Assembly: GCA_014729395.1 (NCBI GenBank)
Contig: WJJZ01000010.1
Span: 156,544-220,543 of the forward strand
Length of the DNA: 64,000 bases
DNA from: Candidatus Magasanikiibacteriota bacterium
Lineage (GTDB): Bacteria > Patescibacteriota > Patescibacteriia > Magasanikbacterales > UBA922
Reading direction: 5' to 3'
Below the pieces are notes generated by a model. That model was not told where the DNA came from. It worked only from the letters and a program-made list of their open reading frames with translations, and ran no database searches. Both the position numbers and the translations under genes were made by a program. Position 1 is the stretch's first letter, and every line of letters starts with the position of its first letter. Below are positions 1 through 8,700 of this stretch, one piece after another.

Positions 1-722
1 TTTGTAAAAGTAATCAAATTTGATTTATAAACTATGTCTTTTAAAATAGGTAATCTTAATAAAAGCCAATGTGTTACCGGCCTGGAAAATTTTTGTCTTA
101 CCAGCCACAGCAAAAAAACAGTTACACCTACAATAGAAATAAATAAAATAAGTCCGTGGTCTTGGACAAAATGAGAGAACCAAATTAAACCTCTTGTGGT
201 GGCAGGTAAATCAACATCTAAACCCTCAAAAAGTGGTGTTATCTTCGGTAAAACAAAAAAAGTAACTCCCATACCCAAAACAAAGCTGGCGATCAACACA
301 ATGATCGGATAAAGCATGGCACCTTTTATTTTTGCTATTAATTCTTTTTGAGCCTCCAAGTGCTCAGCTACACTGTTTAAGTTTTGCTCCAAAGTTCCGG
401 AAGCCTCACCGGCCTTAACAGCATTGATAAAGAGACCGGAAAAAACTTTTGGGTAACGAGCCAATGAGTCGGAAAGGGTTCGACCAGATTTTACAGATTC
501 TTGTATCTGACGAACTATTCTCTTTAGTTTACCTTCAGAGGATTCAAGCGCAATACCCAAAGCTTCGGTAATAGTAATTCCGGATTTAAGCATGACGGCT
601 AAATGTTTGGCAAAAACGGCTTTTTGTACCAAAGTGACACCACCAATTGAAATATCAAGAGCCATCAGACTCTCTTTCTTTTTTTTATCTTCTTTCTTTT
701 GAGAAACTTTTTTGACAGGCAT
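1..722 (-). CDS. pilC: Type IV pilus / type II secretion inner-membrane platform protein (GspF/PilC family), C-terminally truncated by the window edge
   Basis: My own translation of the minus strand from ATG (plus 720-722) runs open to base 1: MPVKKVSQKKEDKKKKESLMALDISIGGVTLVQKAVFAKHLAVMLKSGITITEALGIALESSEGKLKRIVRQIQESVKSGRTLSDSLARYPKVFSGLFINAVKAGEASGTLEQNLNSVAEHLEAQKELIAKIKGAML... This is a typical T2SS_F domain, lies directly downstream of pilB, and is missing from the ORF track only because no stop falls inside the window. Confidence 0.8.
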   Translation of the reverse strand, partial: MPVKKVSQKKEDKKKKESLMALDISIGGVTLVQKAVFAKHLAVMLKSGITITEALGIALESSEGKLKRIVRQIQESVKSGRTLSDSLARYPKVFSGLFINAVKAGEASGTLEQNLNSVAEHLEAQKELIAKIKGAMLYPIIVLIASFVLGMGVTFFVLPKITPLFEGLDVDLPATTRGLIWFSHFVQDHGLILFISIVGVTVFLLWLVRQKFSRPVTHWLLLRLPILKDIVYKSNLITFT

Positions 723-749
723 ATTAAAATTTTATGAGTATTTTTTAAA

Positions 750-2444
750 TTAGTCATCACTCGCCATACGCAAAACCTCCTCTATTGTAGTAATACCTTT
801 AAAAACTTTGTCCATACCATCCTCAAGCATGGTGCTCATGCCTTTTTTCTTGGCCAATTCCGTAATTTCATCACTTGAAGCTCTTTTTAAAACCAACTCT
901 CTTATTTCATCATCCATTTCTAAAATTTCAAAAATACCAACTCGTCCGGTATAGCCGGTGCCACTACAAACTGGACAACCAGCTCCGTGATACAAAGTTA
1001 TGTCAGAAACTTTTTTACCTTTCCTGCCCTGCATCATCTTTTTTACAACTTCATGACTTTTTATAAATTTCTTTTGTTCTGCGGATAATTTCACGGAGGC
1101 CCTACACTTGGTACAAATTTTTCTTACCAATCTTTGGGCAATTACAACATTGACAGTAGAGGCAACCAAAAATGGCTCCACTTCCATATCCAATAGACGC
1201 GGTAAGGTGGTGGCGGCATCATTGGTATGGAGTGTGGATAAAACCAAGTGACCCGTCAATGCAGAATTAACAGCAATTCCGGCTGTTTCTTCATCTCTAA
1301 TTTCGCCTACCATGATAATATCAGGGTCTTGTCTCACAATAGAACGCAAACCCTTGGCAAAAGTCAGGTTTGTCTTGGTGTTTACTTGGATTTGACTAAC
1401 ACCCTCTATATCATATTCCACCGGATCTTCAATAGTAGCAATGTTTATCTCACGTTTATTTACTATTTTTAAAACAGCGTATAAAGTCGTGGTCTTACCT
1501 GAACCGGTCGGACCGGTTACCAAAACCATGCCATGTGGATGCTTTATCGCTCGTTTTACTTTTTTCAAATCCCTTTCTTGAAGACCCAAATCAACTAAGC
1601 TAAACTTTCTACTTCTGGCTGAAAGCAGACGCATTACCGTAGTTTCACCTTGGGTGACCGGAACCACAGAAACTCTAACATCTATCTTACCCTCGCTGGT
1701 TTCAAACCTCATTTTACCATCTTGCGCAGCTCTGTGTTCATCAGTTCTCATCTTTGATAGAATCTTTATTCTGGTCAAAATATATTCATACAAATTTTTT
1801 GGCAGCTCCAAAACATCATGCAAAATTCCATCAATTCTATATCGAACAACAGCTTTTTTCACATGAGCGTCAATATGTATATCAGAGGCTTTATTCTGGT
1901 GGGCATAACGTAACAAAAGATCAAGGACAGTAATAATCATACTATCTTTTTCTTCTCGGGATAATTCTTCATTTTTTAGCTTTCTTAAAACCCCTTTGAA
2001 CTCCTCTTTTAAACTGCCTTTGTATATTGTAAAAGCCTCTTCCAGTTGTTCAATCGTGGTAAAATATGGAATTACGTTTTGATGAACACGTTTTTCTATT
2101 AAACCTAAAGTTTCGATGTCTTGAGGATCGTTCATAGCTACTTTTACCCCTTTTTCAGACCTCTCAAAAGCAATCACTTTTTTGGTCTTGGCTACTAACT
2201 CTGGAATCAAAAGCAAAACATCCTCATCTATTTTTTGTTTTTTAAGGTTGACATATTTTACCCCCAAATGTTCGGCAATAGCCTGACCATAAAGATCCTC
2301 GGACAAAAGATTTTCTGAAAACAGATAATCAGAAAAAGAGGTCTTATATTCTTTGGCAAACTCCTCGGCCTTTTTTAAATCCTCTTGAGTAATGTAGTTT
2401 TGCTCCACTAAATTTTTTTTAATTAGATCTTCATTTAATTGCAT
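750..2444 (-). CDS. pilB: Type IV pilus assembly / type II secretion ATPase (GspE/PilB family)
   Basis: N-terminal T2SSE_N-like region, Walker A GPTGSGKTTT, Asp/His boxes, C-terminal tetracysteine CTKC...CPVCSGTGY zinc motif. Confidence 0.9.
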   Translation of the reverse strand: MQLNEDLIKKNLVEQNYITQEDLKKAEEFAKEYKTSFSDYLFSENLLSEDLYGQAIAEHLGVKYVNLKKQKIDEDVLLLIPELVAKTKKVIAFERSEKGVKVAMNDPQDIETLGLIEKRVHQNVIPYFTTIEQLEEAFTIYKGSLKEEFKGVLRKLKNEELSREEKDSMIITVLDLLLRYAHQNKASDIHIDAHVKKAVVRYRIDGILHDVLELPKNLYEYILTRIKILSKMRTDEHRAAQDGKMRFETSEGKIDVRVSVVPVTQGETTVMRLLSARSRKFSLVDLGLQERDLKKVKRAIKHPHGMVLVTGPTGSGKTTTLYAVLKIVNKREINIATIEDPVEYDIEGVSQIQVNTKTNLTFAKGLRSIVRQDPDIIMVGEIRDEETAGIAVNSALTGHLVLSTLHTNDAATTLPRLLDMEVEPFLVASTVNVVIAQRLVRKICTKCRASVKLSAEQKKFIKSHEVVKKMMQGRKGKKVSDITLYHGAGCPVCSGTGYTGRVGIFEILEMDDEIRELVLKRASSDEITELAKKKGMSTMLEDGMDKVFKGITTIEEVLRMASDD

Positions 2445-2466
2445 AGACTAAAGCTATAAACTAAAA

Positions 2467-2835
2467 TTACTTTAATGTTTTTTTAACTATTTCAATTACA
2501 TCGCTAATTGGTACATCTGATTTGACAAGATATTCACTGGCACCAAGCTGTTTGGTCTTTTCTTTGTCACCATCTTGACTAAGATTGGTGGCAACTATAA
2601 CAGGAATTTTAATTCCTTTTTCTTTCATCTCTTCAAGAACGGTAAACCCGTCCTTTTTGGGCATTACCAAATCAAGTAACAAAAGATCATATTTGTTTTT
2701 GGACATTTTTTCCAAGGCATCTGCACCATCATAAGCAACCGAAACGGAAAACCCGGCACTGGTTAATTTCAGTTCCAAAGCTCGGGCCATTGGTTTTTCA
2801 TCCTCCGCTACGAGAATCTTTTTCTCTTTCGGCAT
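2467..2835 (-). CDS. Single-domain response regulator (CheY-like receiver)
   Basis: ILVAEDE...DLLLLDLVMPKKDG...K motif set of REC domains; 122 aa; immediately upstream of pilB. Confidence 0.8.
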   Translation of the reverse strand: MPKEKKILVAEDEKPMARALELKLTSAGFSVSVAYDGADALEKMSKNKYDLLLLDLVMPKKDGFTVLEEMKEKGIKIPVIVATNLSQDGDKEKTKQLGASEYLVKSDVPISDVIEIVKKTLK

Positions 2836-3086
2836 ATTTTCTTTATTCTTTTGATTAAATAACGTAAAATTAGTCCTATTTTAGGACTGACATATTAAAT
2901 AAAAATTCTACTGTAATTTAAGTAAAAATTTATAAATTAATTATTTATTAATTTATATTCAAATTATACCATAAAACAAACAAAAAACACACTGATTTAA
3001 GTGTGTATATCTTTGACACTTAATCACTCCAGCACTAGAGCACTCGATCACTAAAGTACAATAATCCTAAGCAGAGTTAATTTGTA

Positions 3087-3115
3087 TTGACATTTTGTAT
3101 ATTTTGATCTATAAT
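3087..3115 (+). promoter_or_regulatory. Sigma70-type promoter driving the tRNA-Val transcription unit
   Basis: TTGACA (3087-3092), 17-nt spacer, TATAAT (3110-3115). A transcript would start near 3122 and include the partial tRNA repeat plus structured leader. Confidence 0.55.
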
Positions 3116-3203
3116 GTAAGGGATTTTTGTGATAAGCACGCCTAGCTCTCGCCTTCGTCCTCGCTTCGCTCGGACTATGGCGAGGCAGGCAGCTGGTTTT
3201 AAA

Positions 3204-3280
3204 GCACGCCTAGCTCAGCTGGTTAGAGCGCCTCGTTTACACCGAGGAGGTCAGGGGTTCGACTCCCTTGGCGTGCACCA
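3204..3280 (+). tRNA. tRNA-Val (anticodon TAC), CCA encoded
   Basis: Cloverleaf folded by hand: acceptor GCACGCC/GGCGTGC, D arm GCTC-AGCTGGTTA-GAGC, anticodon stem CCTCG/CGAGG with loop TTTACAC, T arm AGGGG-TTCGACT-CCCTT, discriminator A + CCA. Confidence 0.85.
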
Positions 3281-3302
3281 AAAAAAACCACTCAAATAAA
3301 AA

Positions 3303-3340
3303 ACCCCTACAATTCACTTGTTGGGGGTTCGTTTTTTTTT
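3303..3340. terminator. Bidirectional rho-independent terminator (after tRNA-Val, and after the minus-strand lipoprotein gene)
   Basis: A-run, CCCC...GGGGG hairpin, then a T9 run. Confidence 0.5.
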
Positions 3341-3353
3341 GAAAAAATAATCC

Positions 3354-3662
3354 CTATTCAGGACTGTCAGGAAGATCTTCCTGATAACACATCCTTTTCT
3401 TGGGATCACAAATTTGATTTTCCGGGCAATCCTCCACTGACATACAACAAACACTTTCCTCAACAGGTCTACCCTGCACCCAAGTAGCGTCTTTTAACTG
3501 CTCCTCAAATTCTGCGCAGGAAATAGGACCGATTGGTTTTTTGCTTTTGTCAGCATAGACGAAATAGCACTCGTCGGGGTTATTTCTGGTAATTTCCGTA
3601 GAGCAAGAGCCCAAAAGAGCATTCCCGATAAACGCTAAAGCGACAACGATAAAAAACCGCAT
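3354..3662 (-). CDS. Small cysteine-rich secreted lipoprotein, hypothetical
   Basis: Signal peptide with lipobox LLGSC; 8 Cys in 102 aa; no recognisable domain. Confidence 0.5.
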   Translation of the reverse strand: MRFFIVVALAFIGNALLGSCSTEITRNNPDECYFVYADKSKKPIGPISCAEFEEQLKDATWVQGRPVEESVCCMSVEDCPENQICDPKKRMCYQEDLPDSPE

Positions 3663-3739
3663 TACTTCTCCTTTTGTTAAATAACGATACTTTCCAAGCT
3701 AAAAACGACTACTGACAATATATCATCTTCCAAAAATTG

Positions 3740-4744
3740 TCAAGAGCTTTTTAGTTTCATCTTTACATAATCCCAATAAAAATTATTTTCTTGTTTTTCC
3801 TTCATCCAATACCACCATTCAACACCCCATAGGTATGCTCTGGGTACTCCAATTCTTTCTACATATCTAAAATGTTTAATTAATCTCTCTGTATTCATGG
3901 TTTTTTCTTGCTCCTCTATCGGAGTATGAAGGGCTCCTCCATTAGTAAACCATGGTTCGGCTTGGAGTTCGGAGACAATGACATTATCCATATCCTTGTC
4001 GTACAACTGCGCTTTCAAGCGATAAACCGAGGGTGGTAGCCAATTATAAGAAAAAACCACACCTTTGTATGCGCGAACGACACGATATAAAGTGGTACCA
4101 AAAATATCTCCGGCATTAATGGCTTGACGCCATGTACTTAACTCTCCGCTGTCTGTAATCAAAATCTTTTTATTACCATCGAGCAATTTAACCAAATCGA
4201 TTTCATCATAGACCAAATCTTCTCGGTAATTGTCACACTCACCAAATCTAAATTTAATAAAAGGTTCATTCTCCACCTGCCACAGTTCCAAAGCCGGGTG
4301 ATTTTTGTATCTTTCCACTACTTTGGCAATATATGATAACAATCTGGTTCTATACTGTTCTTCATTCAAATTTTCTACCCAGTCCGGAACGTGGCACTCG
4401 GGCCAGCGCGGAGCTTTTTGACCTAGAACCAAAGTTATTTTGGTATCATTTTCAGCCGCTTTGTCCATCATCCAATCAACCTTGCTAAAATCGTAATACC
4501 CTCTTTCCGGTTCAATCTCACTCCACATGGCGGCTATTCGCACATACTCCGGTTCCAAAGATTCCAGCATGTCAATATAAACTTTTTGCCAATCCAATTC
4601 CAATGATTCAGCTTGGTATTGATTGTAACTAATGCCGTATTCGACATTATATTCTTTGCGGCTTATAAGCCATAAGAATAAATAAAACAATACTATTATA
4701 AATAGTATGATTGCAATAATCATAATAATTTTATTTTGCTTCAT
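3740..4744 (-). CDS. Membrane-anchored glycoside hydrolase, clan GH-A TIM-barrel-like (GH5/GH42-like)
   Basis: N-terminal TM helix; ELWQVENEP motif (NEP catalytic-acid signature of clan GH-A) and a second conserved acidic region; family not assignable by eye. Confidence 0.45.
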   Translation of the reverse strand: MKQNKIIMIIAIILFIIVLFYLFLWLISRKEYNVEYGISYNQYQAESLELDWQKVYIDMLESLEPEYVRIAAMWSEIEPERGYYDFSKVDWMMDKAAENDTKITLVLGQKAPRWPECHVPDWVENLNEEQYRTRLLSYIAKVVERYKNHPALELWQVENEPFIKFRFGECDNYREDLVYDEIDLVKLLDGNKKILITDSGELSTWRQAINAGDIFGTTLYRVVRAYKGVVFSYNWLPPSVYRLKAQLYDKDMDNVIVSELQAEPWFTNGGALHTPIEEQEKTMNTERLIKHFRYVERIGVPRAYLWGVEWWYWMKEKQENNFYWDYVKMKLKSS

Positions 4745-4779
4745 AATGACTTTATTTTACCACAAAAAAAAATAATTAA

Positions 4780-5724
4780 CTAATCACCTTGTGTAAAATA
4801 AGCGGTAAAATAACTGGTGGAATTTTTTATATTTTGCTGTAAATATTTACCGGAATTACTATGACGGATAATATTTAAATCACTGGCCCCAAGCATGTCC
4901 ATGGTTTTTAATAAAACAATTAAGGCTGCCGGTGCATCAATATAAGTATTATCAAACATTAAAATTTGGCTGTAAGCGCGATTTTCAATTGCGTCCCAAG
5001 TTATTTTATCCATATCAACTGATTCATCCGGGGTCAAATAATGTGAAAAATCAAAAGATCCAATGACCAAAACTTCATCGTTGCCGGAATATTCAGCCAG
5101 TCTGTCCGCTAATTTCTCCATGTCACTAATTTCTTTATTACTTAATATAACCAACGGAACTATGTCGGCTTTTGGAAAATAATATGAAACGAAAGCCACT
5201 GTGTTTTTAATGGAGTGTTCGGGAATAAAATTTTCATTATCATAAGAAACCAAACCACTAGCGACTAATTCATCGATAATAGTATAATTATTTTCTACCA
5301 CCCCAAACGGAGTCCGCCAATCCACTCGACCGCTAATAACATCATCCACGCCTTGACCGATGTGATTTGGTCCCAAAATAATTATGGTTTTTGGGTTTTC
5401 AGTTTCTTTAAGTCGAGAAAAGAATTCTGCAATATAATCTGAAACCAAATCATGATGAGGAATTATTCCACCATAAACTTTTTTATCTTTTTCTTGATAT
5501 GTTTTTTCACCGTTCTCTATGGCTGAATAAAACAATTCCCAGTTATAATCCAATTCAACTGTCTCCGCATACGGTTCGCTGTTAGAAAACACCGGACTAT
5601 GTTCATCTTTTATCTCAGTCAACATCTGTTGCTTGTAAAATATCAACAAAAAAATCACCACCAGACCGACAAAAGCGATGGCAGTGATTTTTAAGGTTTT
5701 AGATTGTCCGGTCTTATTCAACAT
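4780..5724 (-). CDS. MEMO1-family protein (AmmeMemoRadiSam system protein B-like) with N-terminal membrane anchor
   Basis: Motifs IPHHD, LGPNH, PEHSIKN, SFDFSHY match the MEMO1 family His/Asp metal-site motifs (PHAGY / GPSH / EHS / SDxSH). Confidence 0.55.
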   Translation of the reverse strand: MLNKTGQSKTLKITAIAFVGLVVIFLLIFYKQQMLTEIKDEHSPVFSNSEPYAETVELDYNWELFYSAIENGEKTYQEKDKKVYGGIIPHHDLVSDYIAEFFSRLKETENPKTIIILGPNHIGQGVDDVISGRVDWRTPFGVVENNYTIIDELVASGLVSYDNENFIPEHSIKNTVAFVSYYFPKADIVPLVILSNKEISDMEKLADRLAEYSGNDEVLVIGSFDFSHYLTPDESVDMDKITWDAIENRAYSQILMFDNTYIDAPAALIVLLKTMDMLGASDLNIIRHSNSGKYLQQNIKNSTSYFTAYFTQGD

Positions 5725-8700
5725 TTTCTATAACTATGGTACCCGGCTCGGAATAATTGATAATATCCTCGGTATTAACAGATTGGATTACGGCCGGCTC
5801 AACTGTAAATTCACCAAGCGAATTGACACGGGCATAGTATTTTCTATAACCGCATTTTGATCCCTTATAATAATTCGTTTTAATTATATTGTAACCGCTT
5901 CTATACGGATATATTATACAACTATCATAATCAATATCGCCCCTGGCATACGGTCTTTTGATTATACTTAAGCCGCTTGGTAATATATCGGTTACTGTGT
6001 AGGCGCCGTCAACAGAGTTGGGATTAATAGATGGATAAAGCCTCACCTCAACCACATCATTTTCTTTAAACGTAGTGGTTTCTTGACCATCTACAAAATA
6101 CTTTTTCTCAACTGATACATAAGTGACTCTCCCAGGTTCTTCGGCATACTGATTTGGAGCGGCAAAATATGATACGGTTACACCCACGTCGCCGTCTATC
6201 TCTTCAACTTTGAATGTTTCATATTGCTCCGGAGTAAGAGACAAGGTAAAAGTTCTACCTTTTTCCAATTCTTTTTCAATGCGCTTGCCATCAACGGTCA
6301 CAACAAAACTCACCGGAGTCGGTTTTAGATGTGTTAGCCTTTGCTTGATATACAAGAGCTCTTCCAAATTCACTAAAATTTCTCTAGTGTAATTCTTTTG
6401 AACATAATTCCACAATCTTTCGTGAAAATCATTATCCACACCGGCAGCTAAGTTGGCGGCGAGTGATGTAGCGGCCAAAATTTCGTCCTTATTGTCACTC
6501 GGTTTTATACGAACCATGCTTTCAAACTCTTCACCATAGTCGCTTAAGAGCTGATCTAACATATCGCGAGCTAGTTCGGTATCACCCAATTCTTCAGCCG
6601 CCAAAGCAATATAAAGACGATTTTTCACTGACAAATCCTCTTTTTGGGCCATTTTTTGCACCGGATACAAAACCGGTTCATCCAAAGCGGCCAAACCATA
6701 TAGTGACAGAGCGGCTTCATCTTCAGTCAAACTGGTTTGGTTGTAAAACCCGTAAAAATAATTGGCTAAAGCATTACGATCGAAAAATTGCGGGGCTAAA
6801 GCGGCTATTTTGGCCGACAGTTCAAAATCCGAATCGGCATATGACAACAAAGCAATACCGCCATTAGACATTTGGAATAAATTTTTATCAATTTCTTCAC
6901 CATTTCCTGTCATTTCGTCATCAAAATAAACTTGTTTGAATCTTCCGGCTAAGACGCGAGAAAGTTTTTGATCGATTCTGTCACCCCAAGTCCAAGCCAA
7001 TCTGGTCAAACGGTTGTAGAATTTACCTTGGCTTTCATCAGAAAAAATCATTTTAAATCTATCTTCAGGAATTTGTACCAGTTTTATATCTTGTGTCAGT
7101 TCATAAAAATCAGTAAATTCTTTCTTAAGCCTGGAATCTATAACGGAAATAGGCCTGATAACAGCGTCACTATAGCCGTTTGTCTTTACCGAGTGATATA
7201 GAGGATAAACACCTTTTTTAAGGTTACCCAAATCAAAATATTCCGGAACGAAAGCATACGAGGATCGCTCTTCATCAATACCCAGGTCATCAATTGTCAT
7301 TGAAAAATCAACCTTATCTCCCCGGTTCAATGAACTACCATAGGCTCTCAACTTAACGATAGGTTTATCACTTGCCAAATACTCGTCAGCAAATGTTCCC
7401 AAGACAAAAACCGGTTTACTGACATTTATGTTGCCGGTTGACTGACCGGCCAAAAGTGACTTGGTAACAGCTTTGGCATTAACTCGCCAAGAAGTAATAT
7501 TGTCGGGTAATTTGAAACTTATTTCACCCTTGCCATTACTGGCGGTTTGTCCGGAAAAGAACATAGCAGTATCCTTGAAGTCCACTCGTGCTCCGCCTTT
7601 TTCATTATGTACATAAATGCCATTGGCAATATAAGTATGATAATCAGCCACATGAAAATTAAACACCTCAACTGTCTTTTTCACTTTCTCAATATTTTCA
7701 ATCAAAATATAGTTACCATCCGCGTCCAACATAAAATCACCTACCTTGGCCTCGCCGATCATTTGCCAACCATCGTTGATATAGAATCTATGTTCCGGAG
7801 TTACTTCTATAGAATCATTTATAATAATATAACCCGGAACAACATGTTGAAAGGTTTCCACAACCTTGGCTTTGGTTAATTTTCTTGTTGCCGGTGAATC
7901 ATAAGTCAAAATCTCATCACCCGGGACAATATCCTCAATATTTTTTAAACTACCATCCGCCATAGTAATTTTGGTTCCGGACAAAAAGCAACCGGCCCCA
8001 CCTTCGGCTCCACTTTGATCAAATAAGGGGGTTTCGTGTGAACTATAGCTAAACAATTCACCACTTGGGACACCTGCATACAATTCCGACAATGTATTAC
8101 TGTAATCCTCTCTAATCTTATAAACAGCCTCATCAACCAAATTTATATTAAAACTTGACCTAACTCCACGACCAAATTTATCTTTGACGCTAATATACAA
8201 ATTTACATCTTCTCCGGGCTGATAAGTTTGCTTTTCACTAACCACTTCAATATCCAACTCCCTATCAGACTTGGCGACTCTGATGACAGAACCATTACCT
8301 CCTCCACCAAACCAATAATTGCTATAGGTCTCATGAAAAGTATTCCCATCATACCATACCCCTTTTAAACGTAAATTTGGTATGTCTTCTTCAGTAAATT
8401 TAAATCCGTATTCTGAATTCTGACTGACTTGGTAATCTTGCAAACCGCGCTGCATTTGCAAAAACAGAAAATCATTTTTGTCTGATCCGGACAGTTCTTT
8501 TCCATTATTTTTCATTTCCACTTTAACCGTCTCACCGATCGAGTACTCATTAAGATCCCTGTCTTCTGTCTCCTGTTTATCTTTTATTTCCAATTCATAA
8601 AAATCATAATCATACCTTGATTGAAAATTATAAAAATAAGCGGTTTGATAAAAAGCCCGACCATGATTATCTTTGGCAAAAACTTTAACGCGATAATTTT

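Noticed and set aside
7604-7990. Possibility that the Hint domain is a canonical protein-splicing intein
   Set aside because: The +1 residue after the terminal His-Asn is Glu, not Cys/Ser/Thr, and there is no homing-endonuclease domain. It is therefore better described as a BIL/Hint-type autoprocessing domain
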